Assembly: GCA_965261475.1 (NCBI GenBank)
Contig: OZ253454.1
Location: 1,378,001 to 1,442,000, forward strand
Origin: a bacterium
GTDB taxonomy: Bacteria; SAR324; XYD2-FULL-50-16; G965216635
DNA: 64,000 nt
Direction of reading: 5' to 3'
The first letter of the stretch is position 1; the number at the start of each line of letters is the position of its first letter. The notes beneath the pieces are model-generated. The model was not told where the DNA came from and did no database searches. It was given only the letters and a program-made list of their open reading frames with translations. Made by a program: the position numbers and the translations under genes. This document shows positions 30,918 to 41,226 of the stretch, piece by piece.

Positions 30918-33900
30918 CTAAATATCTTCCATAATTTCTTGAGCTTTAGCCCTAGAGTCCCCTACTAGCTCTAAATCTATACACAAAGATCGTAACTCAT
31001 TAACTAAGACTTTAAAGGATTCTGGGATCCCTGATTCGTAATGCAAATCTCCTTTGACAATAGCTTCGTACACCTTATTCCTGCCAAAAATATCATCAGA
31101 TTTTACAGTTAATAACTCCTTTAAAATAAAAGCTGCTCCGTAAGCCTCCAAAGCCCATACTTCCATTTCGCCAAATCTTTGTCCACCAAAATGAGATTTT
31201 CCTCCTAAAGGCTGTTGAGTAACTAAAGAATAGGGTCCAGTCGACCTAGCATGTAATTTATCATCAACCAAATGGTAAAGTTTACACATATACTTATAGC
31301 CAATTGTTACTTTTTGCTTGAATTTTTCTCCTGTTTGCCCATCGTACAAAGCGACTTTTCCAGAATAATCCATACCACAAAGATCCATAAGTCTACGTAT
31401 ATCAGTTTCTTTTGCTCCATCAAAAACAGGAGTGGCAAAATAAACACCATTTCTTAGTTTATTAAAGAAGACAACTAATCCATCGTCATCTAAACTGTCT
31501 AAATACTGATTTATATAATTTGATTGATAAATTTCTTTGACAAATTTTTTGATTTCATCATAAGACACCATAGTTGTTAGCATTTGATCAATTTTATCAC
31601 CCAAATGTTTAGAAATCATGCCAAGATGGGTTTCTAACAACTGTCCAATATTCATACGAGATGGTACGCCCAACGGATTTAAGATCAAATCAATAGGTTC
31701 TCCATCCTCTGTATGTGGCATATCCTCAACGGGTAAAATCTTAGAAACAACACCTTTATTCCCGTGTCTGCCAGACATTTTATCACCTACAGAAAGTTTT
31801 CTTTTCATAGCAATATAAACCTTAACAATCTGATTAACTCCCTGAGGCAAATCTTCTAGTCTTCTTTTATTCTCTATTTGATTACGATATTTGCTATTAA
31901 CTGTTTCTGCTTGTTTCTGCATTTTTTGCAGTAGTGCAACTAATTCTTTGTTTTTTACTTCGTTTTCTACACAAATACCGATAAAACTCTCAATAGGCAA
32001 TTTTAATAGTTCATCTACATTGATGAGAGATTTTTTAGCAAGCACAACCTTTTGAGTTTTGGTATTAACAATATCATATTTTAATTTTTCACCCTCTAGG
32101 AGATTTTTGTGTTTATTGATAAAGTTGCTCTTTAGAATAAAAAGCTCATCTTGATTGTCTTTATCAATATTGCTAATCATCTCTTCTTCAATTTTAATAG
32201 TAGAAGATTTTTTTTCTACGCCTCTTCTATTAAAAACTTTAACATCCATAACTATACCTCTTACTCCTTGTGGAACTTTTAGAGAGCTATCTCTAATATC
32301 AGCAGCTTTATCTCCAAAAATTGCCCGTAATAATTTTTCTTCAGGGTTAAGCTGAGATTCTGTTTTAGGCGTAGTTTTACCAACCAAAATATCTCCTGTT
32401 TTTACATAACATCCAATACGTACAATTCCAGATTCGTCTAAATTTCTTAACCTGTACTCGCTAGAAGACGGGACATCTCGGGTAATATGCTCTCTACCAA
32501 TTTTTGTATCTCTAGCAGATGTTTCAAATTTTTCTATATGCACGGAAGTAAAAACATTATTGTGTAGCAATCTTTCGCTAACTACCAAAGAATCTTCATA
32601 ATTAAAACCATTCCAAGACATAAAAGCTACCTTAACATTTTTTCCAAGAGCTAATTCTCCAGACTCACAAGCTGGACCATTAGCAATAATTTGTCCTTTT
32701 TGAATTTTATCGCCTTTTGCTACTAATGGAATTTGATTGATACAAGTATTTTGATTGGTTCTATCATATTTTTGCATCCTATAAATAACAATGTCAAAAG
32801 GATTATCCTTAGAAACCGTGTTTTCCATTATAATTTTAGTAGCATCTACAAAACGCACTACTCCGCTTTTTTCAGCAAGTACACAAACACCAGTAGTTTG
32901 TGCTATCAATGCTTCCATACCAGTTCCTACAAAAGGAGCTTCAGGAATAGCCAAGGGAACAGCTTGCCGTTGCATATTAGAGCCCATTAAAGCGCGATTT
33001 GCATCGTCATGTTCCAAAAATGGAATTAAGGAAGCAGCCACAGAAACGAGTTGGTGTGGCGATAAATCAATCCATTCTGCCCACTCTCTAGGCTGTGATT
33101 TAAACTCACTATTTTTCCTCAGAGTGATCATTTCTTTAATAAATCTTTCTTTTTTATCTAATAAAGCGTTAGATTGAGCAATATAAAAATTACTATCATC
33201 TAAGGCGGACATGTACTTAACTTCATTAGTTAATTGCATATCTTTGACCTTTCTATAAGGAGTTTCAATAAATCCAAACTCATCAAGTTTGGCATAAATA
33301 GTAAAACTAGACATAAGTCCAATACTTGGTCCTTCTGGAGTTTCAATCGGACAAATCCTTCCGTAATGCGAAGGATGAACGTCTCTCACCTCAAACCCAG
33401 CTCTATCTCGACTCAATCCGCCAGGACCCAAAGCACTCAATCTTCTCTTATGCGTCATTTCAGACAGAGGATTGGTTTGCTCCATAAATTGAGACAATTG
33501 ATTAGTAGCAAAAAAGTCATGTATAACACCAGTAATCAATTTTACATTAAACAATTCATTCAAACTGGTATTTTCCTCTCCCAAGAAAACCATTTTTTCT
33601 TTGATATTTTTTTCTATACGAAACATTCCTTTGTTAAAACATTGACCTAACAGCTCTCCTACATCTTTGACTCTTCTATTTTTTAAATTATCTATGTCAT
33701 CTAGCACCATTTTACCTTTCCTTAAAAGAAAAAGACGCGCGACTGTCTCAAAAAGATCATCATGATCTAATGTGACTTTATCTATAGATTGGTTCTTACC
33801 AAATTTTTTATTAAATTGCATTCTTCCTATTTTAGAAAGGCTATAAAATTGCTCATCAAATAAAAAAGATTTAACAAAACTCTTGCTTTTTTCTAAATTA

Positions 33901-35048
33901 ACAATGGAAGTTTTTAATTTTTTATAAATTTCAATTGCTGCATCGTCTATTGAAGTAATTTTATCCTGCAATATAGTGTTTCTCAAAGCAGCATCCATAG
34001 TGTCGCTTTCTAGTAAAAAATAATTTATATTTTTTACTTTGTTTGCTAAGAATTTTTCTAAAAGCTCTAGCGTAATAATTTCATTGAATTTAGCAATGGT
34101 TTCTCCGTTTGCACTAATAACATCCTTGAGTATAGCAGCTCCTAAAAAATCTTCTTTTGAAACCTCTATTAGTTTTTTGCGAATATTTTGGAATTTTTCT
34201 ACATCTCCAGCTTTCCATCTATCTCCTTTGAGTCCAATTACTTTATAGGTTGCCCCATCTAAAATATCCTGAGTAATTTTAGTATTTTCTTTAATTTTTC
34301 CATCAAAATTCTTGTAAAATTTTTTATCAGACAAAATTAATTCTCCTACAGGGTAAAATCTTTCTATTATTTCTGGGCAAGTATAGCCTAGCGCTTGAAA
34401 AAAAGTAGATACTAAGAGCTTCTTTTTTCTATCTATTTTAACATTTAAAATATCCTTAGAATCAAATTCAAAATCTAACCAAGAGCCTCGTTGCGGGATA
34501 ATAGCGGCTATAAAAACTTGTTTGCGACTAACTACTGGTTTTTTATTTTCTAAGAAAAATACTCCCGGAGAGCGATGAAGTTGGCTAACAATTACCCTCT
34601 CTGTGCCATTGACAATAAAATATCCCGAAGGTGTCATTAAAGGAAAATTGCCAAAAAATATTTCATCTTCCTTAACTTCCTGTATTTTAAGATTAGCAGT
34701 AAGATGTTCTTGTGCTAACTCATAGGTAATCAATCTAAGTTTGATCCAGATTGGAATAGTGTAGGTAGCACCTCTGTTTTTACATTCTTCACGAGAATAT
34801 CGTGGCTCTGCTAGTCTATAAGAAATATATTCTATCTTAAATCTTGAGTTAGAATTAGCAATAGGAAAGACATTATTAAAAATAGCTTCCATGCCAATTT
34901 TTGCTCTATCAGCAGGCTCTTTGCTTCGTTGTATAAATCCCTCATAGGCTTCTGTTTGTACGCTTACAAGGTTTGGAGAGCTGGTTATATTTTTTATTTT
35001 ACTAAAATCAACCCTGATGCGCAAAGCATTTTCTATGTTTTGTATCAT
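30918..35048 (-). CDS. rpoB: DNA-directed RNA polymerase subunit beta
   Basis: 1376 aa; conserved beta-subunit blocks throughout (GPGGL...RDVHPSHYGRICPIETPEGP, NMQRQAVPL, GQRFGEMEVWALEAYGAA). Confidence 0.95.
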   Translation of the reverse strand: MIQNIENALRIRVDFSKIKNITSSPNLVSVQTEAYEGFIQRSKEPADRAKIGMEAIFNNVFPIANSNSRFKIEYISYRLAEPRYSREECKNRGATYTIPIWIKLRLITYELAQEHLTANLKIQEVKEDEIFFGNFPLMTPSGYFIVNGTERVIVSQLHRSPGVFFLENKKPVVSRKQVFIAAIIPQRGSWLDFEFDSKDILNVKIDRKKKLLVSTFFQALGYTCPEIIERFYPVGELILSDKKFYKNFDGKIKENTKITQDILDGATYKVIGLKGDRWKAGDVEKFQNIRKKLIEVSKEDFLGAAILKDVISANGETIAKFNEIITLELLEKFLANKVKNINYFLLESDTMDAALRNTILQDKITSIDDAAIEIYKKLKTSIVNLEKSKSFVKSFLFDEQFYSLSKIGRMQFNKKFGKNQSIDKVTLDHDDLFETVARLFLLRKGKMVLDDIDNLKNRRVKDVGELLGQCFNKGMFRIEKNIKEKMVFLGEENTSLNELFNVKLITGVIHDFFATNQLSQFMEQTNPLSEMTHKRRLSALGPGGLSRDRAGFEVRDVHPSHYGRICPIETPEGPSIGLMSSFTIYAKLDEFGFIETPYRKVKDMQLTNEVKYMSALDDSNFYIAQSNALLDKKERFIKEMITLRKNSEFKSQPREWAEWIDLSPHQLVSVAASLIPFLEHDDANRALMGSNMQRQAVPLAIPEAPFVGTGMEALIAQTTGVCVLAEKSGVVRFVDATKIIMENTVSKDNPFDIVIYRMQKYDRTNQNTCINQIPLVAKGDKIQKGQIIANGPACESGELALGKNVKVAFMSWNGFNYEDSLVVSERLLHNNVFTSVHIEKFETSARDTKIGREHITRDVPSSSEYRLRNLDESGIVRIGCYVKTGDILVGKTTPKTESQLNPEEKLLRAIFGDKAADIRDSSLKVPQGVRGIVMDVKVFNRRGVEKKSSTIKIEEEMISNIDKDNQDELFILKSNFINKHKNLLEGEKLKYDIVNTKTQKVVLAKKSLINVDELLKLPIESFIGICVENEVKNKELVALLQKMQKQAETVNSKYRNQIENKRRLEDLPQGVNQIVKVYIAMKRKLSVGDKMSGRHGNKGVVSKILPVEDMPHTEDGEPIDLILNPLGVPSRMNIGQLLETHLGMISKHLGDKIDQMLTTMVSYDEIKKFVKEIYQSNYINQYLDSLDDDGLVVFFNKLRNGVYFATPVFDGAKETDIRRLMDLCGMDYSGKVALYDGQTGEKFKQKVTIGYKYMCKLYHLVDDKLHARSTGPYSLVTQQPLGGKSHFGGQRFGEMEVWALEAYGAAFILKELLTVKSDDIFGRNKVYEAIVKGDLHYESGIPESFKVLVNELRSLCIDLELVGDSRAKAQEIMEDI

Positions 35049-35223
35049 TTAATATTTAATAAAGTTAGATTTTCGAATTACTGCTATACTAACCCAAAGA
35101 CTGGCTGTAAAAATCTATAAGTTTTATAAATTTAGCTATTGAAAATACCCCATTGCAGGTATTACATCAAAAAATTAAATCCGCACTAATATCCTATAAG
35201 TGTTTCAAAAAACATTAACAATG

Positions 35224-35778
35224 TCAAGTAAATCTTCTTTTAAATAACTTTTCTTTGTAATACTTTAATTCCAAAATAGATTCCCTAAGATCTACAAGAG
35301 CGTCATGCACTCCTTTTTTAGAAAAAGGTGCAATTTGAGGGTAGCATACCTCTTTGATAATCTTCAAACTAGATACATCTAAATTACGATAATGTAAAAA
35401 TTGCGAAAATGTTGGCATATAACGGTATAAAAACCTTCTGTCTTGTCCAATACTATTACCACAAAGCGGTGATTCTCCTTTTTTTGTATGTTGGGTGACA
35501 TAAGCTAAACAAATCTTCTCTACTTCTCGCAAACTAGTAGTAGATGCTAAGCATTGATCAAATAATCCTGTCTTTTTGTGAGTAGTAAGACACCATTCGC
35601 TCATGCCATTTAAAACCTTTACAGGTTGTGTGAGACAACAAACAATTCCCGCATCTAACTCCTGTAACTTTGAGTTTGTTGCAACTATAGCTATTTGCAA
35701 AATCACATCTTTCTCAGGGTCCAATCCTGTCATTTCCAAATCTAACCAGATGAAATTAGTTTGTGAATCCATTAACAC
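35224..35778 (-). CDS. orn: Oligoribonuclease
   Basis: 184 aa DEDDh exonuclease; WLDLEMTGLDP...CGNSIGQDRRFL matches Orn. Confidence 0.8.
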   Translation of the reverse strand: MLMDSQTNFIWLDLEMTGLDPEKDVILQIAIVATNSKLQELDAGIVCCLTQPVKVLNGMSEWCLTTHKKTGLFDQCLASTTSLREVEKICLAYVTQHTKKGESPLCGNSIGQDRRFLYRYMPTFSQFLHYRNLDVSSLKIIKEVCYPQIAPFSKKGVHDALVDLRESILELKYYKEKLFKRRFT

Positions 35779-35788
35779 AGTCCTGCCG

Positions 35789-37522
35789 TTATTTAAAAGA
35801 TTTGTGTTCTTTTTTATACTGATCTACTTGTTTTGCTATATCTTGATCATACCAGAGTAAATCAAAATCAATTCCTCTTTTGGTGCCTAGAGCTTTTGGA
35901 GCTTGTATATATCTTTGTCTGAGATAAAGTTGAAAAGGTCTTTTCCAAAAATGAATTAAAAGAGTACTTTGATGAGTTATTTGCTCTATTTTATCAATAG
36001 CAGCTACACGTTTTTGTTCGTCTAAGTCGTATTCGTAAGCATCAATCAACTGATCTAACTCCTTGTTACCAAAGAAAAAAAGATTATTAGTTCCAGGTTT
36101 TTTATTTTCTGTATGCAAAAACTGACGAGGAGAAGGATATCTACCACCACCAAAAAAAATGACTACTGCTTGGTACTTACCAGAATCTAAAGTACGAAAT
36201 AAGGTGGAGCCGTCTTGTAAAACTAATAGTAAATCAATACCTGCTTTTAAAAAACTATTTTTAATAGTTCCTAAATAAGGACTGTGTACAGCCGAAGCGT
36301 ACAAAAGCCGTAGAGTTAGTTTTTCTCCATTTTTGTAACGTAATCCATCTTTTTGAGAAAGCTGCCAACCTGCGTCATTTAATATTTTGTTTGCTTTTTT
36401 AAGATCAAATTTATAAGTTTCTATGCTTGTTTTGTATGGTGGATCTACATCAAAAAAATTATGCTTCCGCTCTCCTAAGTTATACAGATGATTTTTATTG
36501 ATCGCTGCAAAATCTACACTATAAGCTGCTGCTTGTCGTAAACGTGTATCAGACCAAATCTGATCTTGCGTATTAAACATAATACCACGAATGCCTACCC
36601 AAGTTTCTATAGGGTATTTGTGTTTTAAAATATAACCTTTTTTGATGGAATCAATAGCCGTTTCTTTAGTCCATTGTATTTCTGTAGGTGCAAAAACACT
36701 CAATTTTCTTTTTTTAAAAAACTCAAAAGCTACAGCTTGATTGCGAATAATAACCAAGCGAATAATATCAAAATTAAATTGATGCTTATATTCTGCACGA
36801 TTTGCCCCCCACCAGTTTTTAACACGATGAAACTCTATATACTGATTGTTTTTAAATTTCTCTAACACATAAGGACCAGGCACTACATTTGCCTTCCATT
36901 GATAATTTTTAACCCAATTCTTATCTAACACTATAGCGTGTTTAGGCAGTGGAGAGATATTGACTTCTTCTAGTAGTTTCCAGCTAGGTTTGACACTGAC
37001 AATTTTTAATGTATATTCGTCTATTGCCTCTACAGACGCAAGGTGGTCACGAATATATTGGTTGTAAAAAGGAGCTTGGATAGCAGGGTTTTGTAAAAAC
37101 TGAAAGGCAAAAACATAGTCTGCAGCAGTAATTTTTTTACCATCAGACCACCGAGCTTCCTGAGCTAATTTAAAGTACACAGTCTTTTGGTCATTGGCTA
37201 TACTCCAGTGTGTTGCTAATTCTGGTAAATACTCTGAAGTATTTGGATGACGATTAACTAAACTCCAAAAGGCATATCTGCGATTATAACCAACAAAACC
37301 TCCAGAATTACTGTTTGGTCCATAAAGACGAAAAGTCAGAGGATAAGTCGATAGATAAGTAGCATAAACCCCGCCCTTTTTAGCATTGATAGAAGATAAA
37401 ATTGGTGTATAAGCGTTAGTTTGCCACACAAGATCTTTCGGTAAGGCTATAACTTGCAAAGACAAAAAGGTAAACAAAAATAAAAAAAACGTCTTTATAA
37501 AAATAATTTTTAAATGAGTCAT
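35789..37522 (-). CDS. ABC-transporter substrate-binding protein, family 5 (oligopeptide/OppA-YejA-like), orphan
   Basis: 577 aa with signal peptide and cluster-C SBP size; no permease or ATPase genes adjacent. Confidence 0.55.
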   Translation of the reverse strand: MTHLKIIFIKTFFLFLFTFLSLQVIALPKDLVWQTNAYTPILSSINAKKGGVYATYLSTYPLTFRLYGPNSNSGGFVGYNRRYAFWSLVNRHPNTSEYLPELATHWSIANDQKTVYFKLAQEARWSDGKKITAADYVFAFQFLQNPAIQAPFYNQYIRDHLASVEAIDEYTLKIVSVKPSWKLLEEVNISPLPKHAIVLDKNWVKNYQWKANVVPGPYVLEKFKNNQYIEFHRVKNWWGANRAEYKHQFNFDIIRLVIIRNQAVAFEFFKKRKLSVFAPTEIQWTKETAIDSIKKGYILKHKYPIETWVGIRGIMFNTQDQIWSDTRLRQAAAYSVDFAAINKNHLYNLGERKHNFFDVDPPYKTSIETYKFDLKKANKILNDAGWQLSQKDGLRYKNGEKLTLRLLYASAVHSPYLGTIKNSFLKAGIDLLLVLQDGSTLFRTLDSGKYQAVVIFFGGGRYPSPRQFLHTENKKPGTNNLFFFGNKELDQLIDAYEYDLDEQKRVAAIDKIEQITHQSTLLIHFWKRPFQLYLRQRYIQAPKALGTKRGIDFDLLWYDQDIAKQVDQYKKEHKSFK

Positions 37523-37674
37523 CTAACCTGAAGTAATGTAAAACACATAAAAATCTATGCTTTATTTGGTAAAAAAGCAAATTTTAATTTTGACGGGCAA
37601 ACAAATCTTCATTGATTACAAAATCTTTAAAAATTATAGTATTATTTTAAAATCTTAAATCATAGAAAAATCAA

Positions 37675-38259
37675 ATGATAATTCGCTCTGTAGAATTATT
37701 AAAAATCTTGCCTTCTGTTGAAAATTTTACACAACAACACGCCTTTCCAAAAATTTTGTTTTTTGGTAAATCCAACGTAGGCAAGTCCAGTTTAATCAAT
37801 AGTCTTTTACAAAATAAAAAAATCGCGCGTACTAGCTCCAAACCAGGCAGAACTACTCTGTTTTACTATTTTCTTATTAACAAATCTTTTCTTTTTGTAG
37901 ATGCTCCGGGCTACGGATACGCAAAAGTACCTGCTTCCCTAAAAAAACATTGGGAAAATCAGTTTCATATACTACTGCAACAGACAAATTTAAAACTTAT
38001 TATTCACCTTATAGACCTGCGTCACCCACCTAGTAAACTAGACCAGCAATACCACAAAATAATACAAACAGGTAAAGTAGCCTACACTATAATAGCAACA
38101 AAATCCGATACTCTCAGTAATAACAAAAGAAAACAAGCCGTAGCCCAACTAGGGCAAAGCCTACAAAAAGAAGTTTTTGACTACTCCATCAAAGAGCCTC
38201 AAGCTCAAGAACAAGTATGGGCAGGAATTACTCATCTACTACCAATTTTAGAGAAATAA
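37675..38259 (+). CDS. engB: Ribosome-biogenesis GTPase EngB (YihA/YsxC)
   Basis: 194 aa; G1 motif FFGKSNVGKSSLINSL, G3 DAPGYG, G4 TKSD. Confidence 0.75.
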   Translation: MIIRSVELLKILPSVENFTQQHAFPKILFFGKSNVGKSSLINSLLQNKKIARTSSKPGRTTLFYYFLINKSFLFVDAPGYGYAKVPASLKKHWENQFHILLQQTNLKLIIHLIDLRHPPSKLDQQYHKIIQTGKVAYTIIATKSDTLSNNKRKQAVAQLGQSLQKEVFDYSIKEPQAQEQVWAGITHLLPILEK

Positions 38260-40204
38260 ACTGTTTTTCTAAATCGATTTGTTTGATTTTAACTTGGTAA
38301 ATTCGCTCAAACTTTAAAAAAGGAGCAACAACAAATTGCATCAATTGTAATTCTAAAAACTGCACCATCAATCTTCCTTGATAGATTTTAACAAGCTTAA
38401 TAAGAAAAACCTTGTCTTGATTTTGAAAAAGATACTTCCTTTTCCAATAATTAAGTATTTTTTTTTCTAGATTTATATATTGTGCTGATTTATTTTGCAC
38501 TCTTTCTAAAATAGAAAATAAAGAATTATCCTGAAAAGGAATTTTTTTGTCTTGTAAAATAGCTAACAGTATTTTTTGGGATAATAAATCTTGAAAACGA
38601 CGAATAGGAGAAGTGATATGTGTATAACTACTAACTCCTAGGGAGCAATGTTTATCTGCTGATAAACTAAAATACGCTGGCGGAATATCTAAATGTTCTA
38701 GCTCTAGTTTTTGGCTTTGCTCTTTTGAAGCAATAACTCTATAGGCTGCTTGTTTACGAAAAATAGCAGCGCAACCTTTTTTTACAAATAAATTTGCTGC
38801 CCAACTATTTGCTTGAATGGCGCACTCACTAACTATCAAATAAGCGGGACTAGAAGTATTAACATACGAAACTTTGATATTTTGCTCATCTCTAATATCT
38901 AAACGCACATCATTTCTACTCAGATTTAAAGCTCCATTAGCTATTCTTTGTTGTAACCACAAAGAGCAAATTTTATGAAGAAATTGCCATTGAGATTTTT
39001 GATTGATCCACTTACTAGCAAGCTCATAAGAAATATTATTTTTGACACAGATCTTGGAAGAATAAATTTTTTTTGAGTGTAATTTACCAAGTTTATCAAA
39101 AAACCAGGCAAAGGTTACCACACGACGTAGTTGTTGTTGAACCAAAGAAAATGTTTTTTGAGATAATATTGTCGGTAGCAAATGATAAACTTTAGCTAAG
39201 GTATATACAGAAGAAATATGAATTGCTAAGTGCTCAAATAAAACAGAATCAGATGAAATAAAAGAAGCTAGATCGCTAATATGTAAACGCACTGTGTAGC
39301 CATCTGCTAGCTCTTCTACACTAATAGCATCGTCAAAATCTCTTGTTTTAGAACTATCTATAGTGTAGCAGTGTAGGTGAGTCTCATCTAGAATATACTC
39401 TTGCAAACAAAGCGAATATTCATCCGCTAACTTTTTTGCTTGTAAGAGTATTTTTGGATCATACTGCTCGCAAACTTGAGCTTGCTTTACTTGCCACTCT
39501 TGCCAAGAGATATCTATTTGTAAAAGCTGAAGCAAAGCTAAAAATTGATTCTCGTATTGATTACCAAACCCTGTGAATGATAGAATTTTGTGAAAATATT
39601 TTTTTTCTAAATGCTCTTGTGGATACTGAGCAAAAGCAATCAATCTATTTTTAAAATCTTCCCAATCTCCAGACTGGTCTTTGGTGTAAATTGGTAGCTT
39701 TCCTTTTTTGAGCAAGTTAGCCCACAGAATCTCTAGTTTTTTCTTTTGCTGAATTTTTTCTTGTTGCTTTTGTTTATTTTGCAAAACAACTACTCTTTCC
39801 AATTTTTGTTTCTGAAATACTCCTTTGTGATGTATAAAAAAATTTTGTTTTGATACTAATAAACGATAATAGAGAAATGCTTGTTGCCAGACATCTGTAA
39901 AATCTGATAACACAAAAGACGCAATCTTTGCTAAAGAATATTTTTGTTGTACTTCACAAAGCTCGTACACCACAGCCAGATCTACAGAAAATTTTACTAA
40001 TTTTTGTTTTTGATTGGCTAAATAAAAGATGGGATCAGTAGCATTTGATAATTCTTCTTCAAAAATAAATAGCATAGAATTGGCAGTAAGAGCGTACTTT
40101 TTTTGGCTACTCTGCACCAAAAACTTGCTTTTTTTTTCTAACACCAAACCAAACTCCAATTTTTGATGGAGATAAAAAAGACAAAATTGACAAGCTTGAC
40201 CCAT
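38228..40204 (-). CDS. RNB-family 3'-5' exoribonuclease (RNase II/R-like) with a non-canonical N-terminal region
   Basis: 658 aa; RNB catalytic motifs (CYTIDSSKTRDFDDAISV, HITSPIRRFQDLL). First roughly 250 aa lack recognisable cold-shock domains. The 3' end overlaps the engB 3' end convergently by 32 bp. Confidence 0.55.
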   Translation of the reverse strand: MGQACQFCLFYLHQKLEFGLVLEKKSKFLVQSSQKKYALTANSMLFIFEEELSNATDPIFYLANQKQKLVKFSVDLAVVYELCEVQQKYSLAKIASFVLSDFTDVWQQAFLYYRLLVSKQNFFIHHKGVFQKQKLERVVVLQNKQKQQEKIQQKKKLEILWANLLKKGKLPIYTKDQSGDWEDFKNRLIAFAQYPQEHLEKKYFHKILSFTGFGNQYENQFLALLQLLQIDISWQEWQVKQAQVCEQYDPKILLQAKKLADEYSLCLQEYILDETHLHCYTIDSSKTRDFDDAISVEELADGYTVRLHISDLASFISSDSVLFEHLAIHISSVYTLAKVYHLLPTILSQKTFSLVQQQLRRVVTFAWFFDKLGKLHSKKIYSSKICVKNNISYELASKWINQKSQWQFLHKICSLWLQQRIANGALNLSRNDVRLDIRDEQNIKVSYVNTSSPAYLIVSECAIQANSWAANLFVKKGCAAIFRKQAAYRVIASKEQSQKLELEHLDIPPAYFSLSADKHCSLGVSSYTHITSPIRRFQDLLSQKILLAILQDKKIPFQDNSLFSILERVQNKSAQYINLEKKILNYWKRKYLFQNQDKVFLIKLVKIYQGRLMVQFLELQLMQFVVAPFLKFERIYQVKIKQIDLEKQFISLKLVVDE

Positions 40205-40294
40205 AAATTCTTACTCTTTATGCTTAAACTCGGATAATACACAAATAGCCAAAGAATATTGACAATAATTATAAAATAACTACATTTTATTTTT

Positions 40295-41176
40295 TTAATT
40301 TTGCTTCAATTCTGCTAATTCTAAAGAGCTATTTGTTTCTTGTACTTTATCTAATAAAATATTCCCTAAAGTTTCTAATTCTGTCATTGCTTTTGAGCTT
40401 TTCTTTAGAAAAATACTAGTTTGTTTAAAATCTGCTAAAAATTCCTGCTTTTTTTTTTGCTTAATTTGCTCTACTTGCTTTTTAGCTGCAGCTAAAAATG
40501 TTTCTAAAAATTCTAAATTGTGAGGATTATCTATTAAAATATGGGTGTAAAGCTCAGGGTTTCTCATTAAAATCCTACAAACCAAAGAAAAATTAATTTG
40601 ATAGATAGGACTACAAATATCTAAAAGAGTTTGAATATCTACATTGTGTTCTCGCAAAGTCGTAGCTAAGCTAATTTGAGTGAAGTGTAATAAGGCTTGT
40701 ATGACACTCATGTAACTATCGTGTTTTTGCCATTGTTTTAGAATATATACATCTAAACCCAAGGATTGATAAAGTTTTTCTAGGTCTGCTAACTGTTGCT
40801 TTTGACAGCGTACAGGCAATAATAACATTTTTTGACCTTGAATATTCTTGACAGTACCAAACATAGGGTGTGCAGAAATCACACTTGCAGAACTTTTTTG
40901 CATAGCAGCAATAACATTCTCTTTCACAGAGGTAAAATCAGAAAAAATTTGGTCTGCGCGTAAAAAAGGTGCTACTTTCTGTGCCAATGCAGGGGTTGCT
41001 TCAATAGGGACGGCAAGTATGACCATTTGTGCTTGAGGAATTTTGTCAATCCATAAAGCTGCATCGTCGTTTTTTTCTACAGCTAGCACTGCAATGCCTT
41101 GTTTTTTAAATGCCTCAACAAAAATCTTGCCTATCTCTCCAGATGCTCCAAAAATAATTACTAGCATAAAAATCAA
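40295..41176 (-). CDS. Prephenate/arogenate dehydrogenase family protein
   Basis: 293 aa; N-terminal NAD(P)-binding GxGxxG (IFGASGEIG) and HPMFG motif characteristic of TyrA-type dehydrogenases. Confidence 0.55.
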   Translation of the reverse strand: MIFMLVIIFGASGEIGKIFVEAFKKQGIAVLAVEKNDDAALWIDKIPQAQMVILAVPIEATPALAQKVAPFLRADQIFSDFTSVKENVIAAMQKSSASVISAHPMFGTVKNIQGQKMLLLPVRCQKQQLADLEKLYQSLGLDVYILKQWQKHDSYMSVIQALLHFTQISLATTLREHNVDIQTLLDICSPIYQINFSLVCRILMRNPELYTHILIDNPHNLEFLETFLAAAKKQVEQIKQKKKQEFLADFKQTSIFLKKSSKAMTELETLGNILLDKVQETNSSLELAELKQN

Positions 41177-41226
41177 ATAGAAGGAATGATAATTTTTGTG
41201 ATAACTATAAGCAATACTTGCAATTT

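Noticed and set aside
35049-35223. Sequence TTGAAAATACCCCATTG, which superficially resembles sigma32 -35 (CTTGAAA) and -10 (CCCCATnT) elements
   Set aside because: The two elements are only 3 nt apart (13-17 nt are required) and lie on the plus strand, pointing away from rpoB and orn. Coincidental.
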